From positions 1 to 25,722 of IMG/VR virus record IMGVR_UViG_3300012352_000175: a stretch of 25,722 bases of DNA; one strand, given 5' to 3'. Every line of letters starts with the position of its first letter. The stretch's first letter is position 1. This stretch comes from a virus (lineage: Duplodnaviria; Caudoviricetes). The position numbers were made by a program, and so were the translations under genes. Shown one piece after another: positions 8,115 through 15,394 of this stretch. The notes below the pieces were generated by a model that searched no databases, was not told the origin of the DNA, and saw only the letters and a program-made list of their open reading frames with translations.

Positions 8115-8564
8115 ATGTCTAAATTACGCGATCCAAATAAAGACAAAATTAAGAGTCAAAGTATTCTTAAAGAACAATACGTCTCACAATGTAAATGTAA
8201 GCTAGAAGATTGTGACAATGACTTAACTATTTTTGATGGTCCAGGTAGCGATGGTTACTGCCGCGAACATCAATTACAATTAACCGAGTACGGTGGAATG
8301 GGTAAAGCAGAACGCCCACACACATTCTATCGTGGTTGGGTTTGCGAGAAATGTGAATATGATCCTAGAGAAGACAGTCAGTTTGATGATATCGAAGATC
8401 CATTCCATAAACTTCGTTGTATGCGAGGAGTGATGCATGGAGACCATTTAGAGCGTAAAAGCGATGGTGGTGCAGACATTGCAGAAAACATCCAAACACT
8501 TTGCTGTCGTTGTCATATGATTAAGACTTACAAAGAAAAAGATTACTTAAAAGGTAATCCTTAA
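8115..8564 (+). CDS. HNH endonuclease with Zn-binding motifs
   Basis: CEKC ... GDHLERKSDGGAD..ENIQTLCCRCHMIKT; the real start is probably ATG 8115, 1 nt after the upstream stop. Confidence 0.85.
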   Translation: MSKLRDPNKDKIKSQSILKEQYVSQCKCKLEDCDNDLTIFDGPGSDGYCREHQLQLTEYGGMGKAERPHTFYRGWVCEKCEYDPREDSQFDDIEDPFHKLRCMRGVMHGDHLERKSDGGADIAENIQTLCCRCHMIKTYKEKDYLKGNP

Positions 8565-8567
8565 CCA

Positions 8568-8615
8568 AAATAGCAACACCCAGGTGTTGCTATTTCCTAA
8601 TAGATAGTGTATAAT
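8568..8615 (+). promoter_or_regulatory. Terminator-like hairpin overlapping a sigma70-type promoter
   Basis: AAATAGCAACACC / GGTGTTGCTATTT inverted repeat (8568-8595); TTGCTA 8587-8592, 17 nt, TATAAT 8610-8615. Confidence 0.7.
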
Positions 8616-8643
8616 ATATTTTTTTATTGCAATGGAGGCAAAC

Positions 8644-9237
8644 ATGAAAAAAAATTTTAAAATAACAGCTTTAAAGAAAGCTACAAAAACTTTAGTCGGT
8701 ATGAGAGTACCGGAACAAAAAAACGGTAACGTTGGTCATCTTGTAGAAGATGTTATGGCAGGTGCGGGTTATCCAATTGATCGCCAAGCAACAGTCGATC
8801 TACCTGACTTAAAAGTAGAAGTTAAAACTCGAACAGCAGAAGCAACGTCTGCTCATGCAATTGGATCAATGACCGTCGAAGACATCATCAGCACTCCTTA
8901 TCAAACTAGTCCGGTGAAAGACAAGTTCCAACAACAATTTAGAGTTATACATAGTGATACATTTAGAGAAGTAACGAGTGCAAAAGTTTATGATTTTTCA
9001 GATACTTATATTCAGGGATTAGTTGAACGGGACTATGAAGCAGGTCGTGCAATTTTTGCAGAGATCCAAAAAAATGGAAGTAGCTATCCTAAGTATGTTC
9101 GCGGAGCTAATACAGATTTCTATTGGGAAAAGAAAAACTGCAATAGTTACGCATTTAGAGCATCGAATTCTGCAATGAAAGACTACGAAGGAATGGCAAC
9201 AAGTGCTTTTAATTCTTTATTTGAAAGATTAAAATAA
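8644..9237 (+). CDS. MutH/Sau3AI-like PD-(D/E)XK endonuclease
   Basis: KNGNVGHLVE ... VDLPDLKVEVKT resembles the MutH KGxxGxxxE ... D..ELK pattern; GGAGG SD favours ATG 8644. Confidence 0.6.
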   Translation: MKKNFKITALKKATKTLVGMRVPEQKNGNVGHLVEDVMAGAGYPIDRQATVDLPDLKVEVKTRTAEATSAHAIGSMTVEDIISTPYQTSPVKDKFQQQFRVIHSDTFREVTSAKVYDFSDTYIQGLVERDYEAGRAIFAEIQKNGSSYPKYVRGANTDFYWEKKNCNSYAFRASNSAMKDYEGMATSAFNSLFERLK

Positions 9238-9248
9238 ATGAACAAATT

Positions 9249-9292
9249 AGCAACCTTAAAGGTTGCTTTTTTGTGACTAAAGATGTTATACT
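9249..9292 (+). promoter_or_regulatory. Terminator hairpin plus overlapping promoter for uvsW
   Basis: AGCAACCTT-A-AAGGTTGCT followed by a T tract; TG-extended TATACT 9287-9292, 6 nt before the ATG. Confidence 0.7.
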
Positions 9293-9298
9293 ACATCT

Positions 9299-10753
9299 AT
9301 GACATCTTGTACAATACATATAAAAGACGAAGTTAACATTAAGATATCTGACCTTGTAACTTCAACAAGGCGCAAACTAGAAAAAGAATTCAAGTACTTC
9401 CAGCCCTGGGCTTATCATAGTCCTGCATACAAACTAGGACGTTGGGATGGTTGTGTTAGTTATTTTAGTTTAGGCGGAAACACTTACTTTAACCTATTGG
9501 ATAGAATCCTTCCTATCCTAGTTGATGAAGGTTATAACATTGAGATTGATGACCAAAGAACTAATCACAATTTCCAGTTTGTCGAAGTAACTGAAACAAC
9601 ACACGAGCAAACTATTTGGCCTAAAGGTCACGTTAACGAAGGTAACCCAGTCTTACTACGTGACTATCAAGTTGATGCCATTAACAAGTTTCTAAACAAC
9701 TTACAATGTGTACAAGAAATTAGTACTGGCGCAGGTAAAACTATTACAACTGCCACATTGTCTAAAAGTGTGCAAGACTATGGTAGAAGTTTGGTTATCG
9801 TCCCTAACAAAGACTTGGTCAAGCAAACATTAGAAGACTATGAACTATTAGGTCTTGATGTAGGTGTTTACTTCGGCGACAAAAAAGAACTAGGTAAGAC
9901 GCATACTATCTGTACATGGCAAAGTCTTAACGTATTAGAAAAACGTTTTAAAGACGGAGAAAGTCCGCTAAGTCTAGCAGAGTTTGGACAAGACTTAGTA
10001 GCAATTATCGTTGACGAGGTACACCAAGCTAAAGCAGATGTACTTAAAGCATTGCTCAGTGGACCATTTTCTGACATTCCTATTCGTTGGGGATTAACTG
10101 GAACTATCCCTAAAGAAGACTTTGAGAAAGTTGGATTGATAGCAACTTTGGGTCCTGTGGTAAATAAGATTGCTGCCAAGGATCTACAGGATCAGGGTGT
10201 GTTAGCTAACTGTACAGTTAACGTCATCCAGTTACAAGAAACAGCACAGTATTCCACATACCAAGAAGAATTAACTTTCCTGACGACAAATACCCGTCGT
10301 ATAGACTTCATTGCGGAGTTTGTTAAAGGACTTGCGTTATCTGGAAACACATTAGTATTAGTAGATAGAATTAAAGCAGGTGAATTGCTTTGCGAAAGAA
10401 TCGCAGATAGTGTATTCGTCAGCGGAGCAATGAAAACAGGCGATAGGAAAGAACACTATGATGAGATTAAAGATAGCGATGGCAAGGTTATTGTGGCGAC
10501 TTATGGTGTGGCCGCTGTGGGTATTAATATTCCTCGTATTTTTAATCTGGTTCTTTTGGAGCCCGGAAAGAGCTTTGTCCGCGTTATCCAAAGCATTGGA
10601 CGAGGTATTAGAAAAGCTCAAGATAAAGACCACGTAGAAATTTGGGACTTGACGTCAAGTGCAAAGTTTAGTAAGAAGCATCTTACTACTAGAAAGAAAT
10701 ACTATGAGGAAGCGGGTTATCCTTATAAAATCGAGAAAGTGAAATACCTATGA
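9299..10753 (+). CDS. uvsW: SF2 DNA helicase UvsW
   Basis: LRDYQ Q-motif, STGAGKT, IIVDEVH, GLTGT, motif VI QSIGRGIR; N-terminal YKLGRWDG typical of UvsW. Confidence 0.92.
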   Translation: MTSCTIHIKDEVNIKISDLVTSTRRKLEKEFKYFQPWAYHSPAYKLGRWDGCVSYFSLGGNTYFNLLDRILPILVDEGYNIEIDDQRTNHNFQFVEVTETTHEQTIWPKGHVNEGNPVLLRDYQVDAINKFLNNLQCVQEISTGAGKTITTATLSKSVQDYGRSLVIVPNKDLVKQTLEDYELLGLDVGVYFGDKKELGKTHTICTWQSLNVLEKRFKDGESPLSLAEFGQDLVAIIVDEVHQAKADVLKALLSGPFSDIPIRWGLTGTIPKEDFEKVGLIATLGPVVNKIAAKDLQDQGVLANCTVNVIQLQETAQYSTYQEELTFLTTNTRRIDFIAEFVKGLALSGNTLVLVDRIKAGELLCERIADSVFVSGAMKTGDRKEHYDEIKDSDGKVIVATYGVAAVGINIPRIFNLVLLEPGKSFVRVIQSIGRGIRKAQDKDHVEIWDLTSSAKFSKKHLTTRKKYYEEAGYPYKIEKVKYL

Positions 10754-11250
10754 ACATACTAACTTCTAATAATGAAGCCTTTGAGTTAAACAGTTTACCA
10801 GAGGAAGTAGAAGATCTTCGTTATGGCGTTCTCGATTGGAACGATCCTAAGAACGTTGACTATCATTTCGTTCCACTAATCTTTATGGAAACATTTCATG
10901 CACCAGCGGCGGTATTAAAGATTGGCGATCATGTTATTCAAGTACCACTTGATTGGTACATTGTTATAGGTGAAAAAGATCACGGTGATCCAGAGATTGT
11001 TCCTATTATGAACATCAATGACCGGGGCTTTAGTGCTTTCACATTTAATCCTATTAGTAGTTTTAGATTAGACTTCCAGCCACTTGAAATTATTAATGTG
11101 TTTCAAGACATTCGTTGGTATACTCCTAAACTCAAACACGGGCATATACTAGCAGTACCTCTTGAAGGCGGCGATAAACCAATGTGTGCTTACTTTGTTA
11201 AAGAAACAACGAAGCTTCCGGAAGTCTTGGCCATAGACAAAATGTTTTAA
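10750..11250 (+). CDS. Hypothetical beta-rich protein, possibly a degenerate Hint fold
   Basis: ATGA overlap with uvsW; 166 aa; strand pattern reminiscent of Hint domains without catalytic residues. The ORF is solid; the fold is speculative. Confidence 0.7.
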   Translation: MNILTSNNEAFELNSLPEEVEDLRYGVLDWNDPKNVDYHFVPLIFMETFHAPAAVLKIGDHVIQVPLDWYIVIGEKDHGDPEIVPIMNINDRGFSAFTFNPISSFRLDFQPLEIINVFQDIRWYTPKLKHGHILAVPLEGGDKPMCAYFVKETTKLPEVLAIDKMF

Positions 11251-11262
11251 AGATAGTACAAT
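11234..11262 (+). promoter_or_regulatory. Sigma70-type promoter
   Basis: TAGACA (11234-11239), 17 nt, TACAAT (11257-11262), 5 nt before ATG 11268. Confidence 0.6.
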
Positions 11263-11267
11263 ACACT

Positions 11268-11753
11268 ATGGCAACAAAAGCTCCTATGTTAGATATGTTT
11301 AAGCGAGTACTTCCAGCTTTGGATACTCGCAACAAAGCCCTTTATGAAAACCTCACAGAGGAAGAAATGAAAGGGTTTAGTCCTTGGCTGGTGCAACGAT
11401 ATCTAAGTAGCGCAGAAAGTTCTAATAATGCTATCATCGAACATTACTTAATTATGACCAATGAAATAGTTAATGTTAACTTTAGTGAAGTCAAAGATCC
11501 TGAGATGACATGGAAGTTAATGAGCATGGTTGGTATCGGTAAAAGCCTCAAGCATCCTTATATTGCCCCTGGCGGCGGCAAAAGAAAAAAGAAAAATGCT
11601 TTTAAAGCATGGCTAAGTGAACAGTATCCTCACTTAGATGACCAAGAATTAGATATTTGGATCGGCAACTTAGATAAAAAGTCCGCAAAGGACATGTTAG
11701 AACAATACCATGTTAAAGACAAAGATGTTATCTCTAGTGCCAATGACTTATAA
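11268..11753 (+). CDS. Clamp-loader small subunit, T4 gp62-like
   Basis: FSPWLVQRYLSS ... MTNE resembles the gp62-family YxPxxINRxLS ... ANE(M)N pattern; size and context fit. Confidence 0.6.
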   Translation: MATKAPMLDMFKRVLPALDTRNKALYENLTEEEMKGFSPWLVQRYLSSAESSNNAIIEHYLIMTNEIVNVNFSEVKDPEMTWKLMSMVGIGKSLKHPYIAPGGGKRKKKNAFKAWLSEQYPHLDDQELDIWIGNLDKKSAKDMLEQYHVKDKDVISSANDL

Positions 11754-12423
11754 ATGCAGATATTGTAATAAAGATTTTGTCAGAGAAACTACGCTTATGT
11801 CTCACTTATGTGAGAAGAAACGTAGAATGATGGATAAAGACAACAAGCAAAATCGTATTGCTTACCAAAGCTGGCTAATATATCGTAAAATGATTATTGC
11901 TAATGTTAAGCACGATAAGCCTTATGAAGACTTTATTAATGACAGATACTATCTTGATTTTATGAAAGTTGCCAAGCATATTGTTGATTTGAATTTAGAC
12001 AAGCCGGAAGAGTTTGTTAGATATGTATTAAAGAATGCCGTTAAGATAGATGACTGGTGTAAAGCAGTTGTCTATGAAAGTTATGTTAAAGATAGAACTA
12101 AAAAAGAAACCGTAGAACGAGCAATTGAGCGAAGTTTGTTAAATATGAAAGCCTGGGCAGAAAAGACTGGAAACAGTTGGTGTGAATACTTTGCTAAAGT
12201 TAGCACACCTGAAGCAGTACAAGATATTAGAATGGGTCGTATCAGTCCATGGTGTACCTTTGCTACAGATCAAGGTAGTAGATTGATTGATAGGTTTGAA
12301 CCGGGACAGGTTCAGGCGTTAGTAGATTACATTGAGCCTTTATCCTGGAAGGCCAAAGTAAAACGTCAGCAAGGTGATGCTGACTGGGTGCAAGAAGTTT
12401 TTAACAAGGCAGAAATTAAATGA
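11743..12423 (+). CDS. Hypothetical protein with N-terminal C2H2/C2HC-type zinc finger
   Basis: YKCRYCNKDFVRETTLMSHLC; likely start ATG 11743. Confidence 0.75.
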   Translation: MTYKCRYCNKDFVRETTLMSHLCEKKRRMMDKDNKQNRIAYQSWLIYRKMIIANVKHDKPYEDFINDRYYLDFMKVAKHIVDLNLDKPEEFVRYVLKNAVKIDDWCKAVVYESYVKDRTKKETVERAIERSLLNMKAWAEKTGNSWCEYFAKVSTPEAVQDIRMGRISPWCTFATDQGSRLIDRFEPGQVQALVDYIEPLSWKAKVKRQQGDADWVQEVFNKAEIK

Positions 12424-12650
12424 ATCAATATAAACAACGATCGGTACCAGCTTTATTAAAAAGCAAGCAAGTACAAGAAGCTCGAGTTAGACTAATCAAC
12501 GACATGGTTGAGATAGAAATGAACGGTGACAGAGTAGTTGTGCCAACAGCTGAGTCATATCAACGTTTGCTTAGAAAAGTCGCAGTATTGGAACAAAAAC
12601 TGTATGCTACAGATAACAAAGCAAATAGAATGGCTAGAAGTAAAGAATGA
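12420..12650 (+). CDS. Hypothetical protein with C-terminal coiled coil
   Basis: ATGA overlaps on both sides. Confidence 0.75.
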   Translation: MNQYKQRSVPALLKSKQVQEARVRLINDMVEIEMNGDRVVVPTAESYQRLLRKVAVLEQKLYATDNKANRMARSKE

Positions 12651-12877
12651 GCACAGAAAATACAAATATAGAAAATGCATATCACGAAGTTATGATTGTG
12701 ATTGAAAAGTTATTAAAAGATAACTATGATCCATTGATCATCGCAGGAGTAATACTGAATCAATCGTTGGGTTTGTATAAATCAGCTTTGAGTGACAGCG
12801 AATACGATCAGTTAATTAAAAGAATACTAGACAAAAAAAATATTGTCGAACCATATGAATCGCGGGTACTACATTGA
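12647..12877 (+). CDS. Hypothetical protein
   Basis: 4-nt overlaps on both sides; 76 aa. Confidence 0.7.
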   Translation: MSTENTNIENAYHEVMIVIEKLLKDNYDPLIIAGVILNQSLGLYKSALSDSEYDQLIKRILDKKNIVEPYESRVLH

Positions 12878-13446
12878 GCTTTGACGTCGACATTGACTTT
12901 GCTGATAGAGAGCAAGTCTTAAAATTATTAAATCCAACACCGGCAATGCAAAAAGACGGTGACAAGGAACGCAAACATAATACTGGTGTCTATTTCCATC
13001 ATGTACCTACAAATCCTTTTACCGGATTATGTACACTAGATTATAAACAAGCAGAGGCTGCGGGCTGGTTTAAAATAGATTTGCTTAACGTAGGAATCTA
13101 TAGTAATTTTGCCAGCAATGACCAAATAGACGACTTTCTAAGTAAAGAGCCAGTATGGGAGTTATTAGAACATAAAGAAGTTATACAACAACTTTTTCAT
13201 ATTCATAATCACAGCGACACTGTCATTAGAATGAAACCACGCAGTATTGAACAACTTGCTATGGTATTAGCAGTTATACGCCCAGGCAAAAAACATTTAA
13301 TTGGACTTGACTGGTCTGCTATTGAAAAAGAAGTATGGACCAAAACTGAAGATGTTTATAGTTTTAAAAAGTCGCATGCTATTGGCTATGCGGCAGCTAT
13401 AGTACTACAGCTTAATCAATTAGTGTACGGTGTTGACCGTAGCTAG
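12874..13446 (+). CDS. Minimal DnaE-like (family C DNA polymerase III alpha) catalytic-core protein
   Basis: Ordered DnaE motifs DVDIDF, KHNTGVY, FKIDLLNV, AVIRPG, YSFKKSHAIGY in only 190 aa; TTG start overlapping the upstream TGA. Confidence 0.8.
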   Translation: MSFDVDIDFADREQVLKLLNPTPAMQKDGDKERKHNTGVYFHHVPTNPFTGLCTLDYKQAEAAGWFKIDLLNVGIYSNFASNDQIDDFLSKEPVWELLEHKEVIQQLFHIHNHSDTVIRMKPRSIEQLAMVLAVIRPGKKHLIGLDWSAIEKEVWTKTEDVYSFKKSHAIGYAAAIVLQLNQLVYGVDRS

Positions 13447-14133
13447 TCTTAAGTAACTAAGAATTTTGATATAAAACCATCCTATATCAAATTCAAACCA
13501 ACGTTTACTTAACTTAGCACTAGCTGGCGACATGTGGTGGTTGTTGTGCAATTCTTCTCCACCTATCCATAGACCTAATGGAATTAAATTTGTGCTGTGA
13601 TCTTTAGTTTCGCCATTGCGATATCCAAACCAGTGTCCCAGTCCGTTTATAACACCAGCAGCCCAAAAAGGTATCCATAACATTTGAATACCCCATACTA
13701 CGAATCCAATCCATCCGAATATTAATAAATTTATTAATAGCATTACTACAACGCCGGCATAATTGTAAGGAGTGTATATTTTACGTTCTAACCAATCATC
13801 TGGAGTACCTCTTCCGAAGTTTACAATCATTTTGCTATTCTTACCAGCGACATAATAATAGTATACTCCACGTAATACAATATTCCATATGCCATGTACA
13901 TGTGGACTATGCGGGTCCCCTTCTTTGTCAGTTACGCTGTGATGTTTACGATGAATTGCTACCCATTGTCTAGTAATCATACTAGTTGTAAGCCATAGCC
14001 ATAGCCTAAAAAAATGACTAATAATAGGGTGAAAGGTAACAGATTTGTGTGCTTGACTTCTATGTAAGAATAGAGTCACAGAAACAATAGTTAAATGAGT
14101 GACAATAAGAGCATATATTATAATGTTTGACAT
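13420..14133 (-). CDS. Membrane fatty-acid (delta-9-type) desaturase
   Basis: His boxes HRSQAH, HRKHH, HNNHH; DPHSP, GEELHNNHH, WFEFDIGW; hydrophobic helices. Confidence 0.92.
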   Translation of the reverse strand: MSNIIIYALIVTHLTIVSVTLFLHRSQAHKSVTFHPIISHFFRLWLWLTTSMITRQWVAIHRKHHSVTDKEGDPHSPHVHGIWNIVLRGVYYYYVAGKNSKMIVNFGRGTPDDWLERKIYTPYNYAGVVVMLLINLLIFGWIGFVVWGIQMLWIPFWAAGVINGLGHWFGYRNGETKDHSTNLIPLGLWIGGEELHNNHHMSPASAKLSKRWFEFDIGWFYIKILSYLRLATVNTVH

Positions 14134-14140
14134 TATATAT

Positions 14141-14509
14141 TTATAGCTTTTGTACTAGTTGGATTTGTCTGCGTTTGATACGTTTAGTGATAATATTTTG
14201 TAAACTAACTGCTTCTCCATGCAGTATTTCAAAATCTTTGACATTGTAAGTTCTTAAGCAATAACTAAATTTCTTAAACTTTGGTCCTATTACTAAATTT
14301 ACTGGTAGCTGTCTATTACTTCCCCACCACCATTCTTCTCCACATTCCAGGAATCCTGCTTTATCTTCGGTGCAATTTAACACGTTTAAGACATATATGC
14401 TGGCCAGAGTGTTAGTATAATTTTGTATTATACCTATAATTTCTTCTTCTCCTGCCCTGCATAGGCATAAGAAAGGGAATTTTTCTAATATTTCATTATG
14501 GTTCGCCAT
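14141..14509 (-). CDS. Hypothetical phage protein
   Basis: 122-aa ORF, WWWGSNRQLP motif, 7 nt upstream of the desaturase. Confidence 0.8.
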   Translation of the reverse strand: MANHNEILEKFPFLCLCRAGEEEIIGIIQNYTNTLASIYVLNVLNCTEDKAGFLECGEEWWWGSNRQLPVNLVIGPKFKKFSYCLRTYNVKDFEILHGEAVSLQNIITKRIKRRQIQLVQKL

Positions 14510-14515
14510 CGGTAA

Positions 14516-14555
14516 TATTTAGCTGTCAATTCAATTCGATTAAATTAAATAAATA
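14516..14555. promoter_or_regulatory. Divergent pair of TAAATA late-type promoter boxes
   Basis: TATTTA 14516-14521 (minus strand, 6 nt from ATG 14509) and TAAATA 14550-14555 (5 nt from ATG 14561). Confidence 0.6.
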
Positions 14556-14560
14556 TAACT

Positions 14561-15382
14561 ATGAGCGATACATTTACATTACTAAGCTATCCACAACGCA
14601 CTACTTTGATGTACGCAGAAGGATACAGCAGGACACAAAACATGCCATTCAATACGACTAGAAAAACAATTTATAAAGGCGTAGATAATACGCTGGGTTT
14701 TGATATTAAAAATCAAGACCGCAAGCCGGTTAGTTTGCTTGGCAAAACAGTGATAGTTAATATAATGCAAGTAAGAACAGGTGAATTGATTGTTCAACGC
14801 AGAGCAACCATTATTAATGCAGAAAATGGATTTTGCGAATTTACAGTATTCAGCAGTGATTTGATTGATGTAGATACTGGAATTTATCAGTTGAGTGCAG
14901 TAGTATACGACGAATCCGGACAAGCCAAGTCATTATATACAGATAATAATCGTAGAGCTACATTAGAATTAGAATTATGTGATGGAGCATATCCAAAGTA
15001 TATCCCTAGCGTTGATTTGACATTTAGTCAGCTTGGTAATAGTTGGGTCAGCCAAGCACTTCCTGGTAACTTACAAAAGAATGACACTAGCTTGTTGCAT
15101 ACTATTCAAATCAAAGTTACCAACTTCAAAGGTAAAGTATCTGCATTGGTAAGTTTAGACTACGACAGCGGCGGAAATTATTTCCCAGTTAAGTTTGTCA
15201 ATGATGCCACTGATATCATATTCTTGCCACCATATGGATATGCTATTCGAGAAAACGATCGTTGGCCAGACGGAACTATCGAAGGTTGGAATTTTATTAC
15301 CAATGCACGTTGGGTAAAAATTATGTATACTCCTGATAGCAATAACACCGGAACAGTTGACAGAGTCATCTATAGAAGTTAA
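14561..15382 (+). CDS. Putative virion structural protein (beta-sandwich, BppU-N-like first half)
   Basis: IYKGVDNTLGFDIKNQDRKPVSL ... G.YQLS Ig-like pattern; TAAATA box upstream. Confidence 0.55.
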   Translation: MSDTFTLLSYPQRTTLMYAEGYSRTQNMPFNTTRKTIYKGVDNTLGFDIKNQDRKPVSLLGKTVIVNIMQVRTGELIVQRRATIINAENGFCEFTVFSSDLIDVDTGIYQLSAVVYDESGQAKSLYTDNNRRATLELELCDGAYPKYIPSVDLTFSQLGNSWVSQALPGNLQKNDTSLLHTIQIKVTNFKGKVSALVSLDYDSGGNYFPVKFVNDATDIIFLPPYGYAIRENDRWPDGTIEGWNFITNARWVKIMYTPDSNNTGTVDRVIYRS

Positions 15383-15385
15383 AAT
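15357..15385 (+). promoter_or_regulatory. Sigma70-type promoter for primase-helicase
   Basis: TTGACA (15357-15362), 17 nt, TAAAAT (15380-15385). Confidence 0.65.
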
Positions 15386-15394
15386 AGTAAGGTC

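Noticed and set aside
12874-13446. Mini-DnaE as a pseudogene or intron/intein-split fragment
   Set aside because: The ORF is intact and coupled, distant motifs are joined in frame, and the flanks are occupied by unrelated intact genes with no remaining dnaE sequence visible
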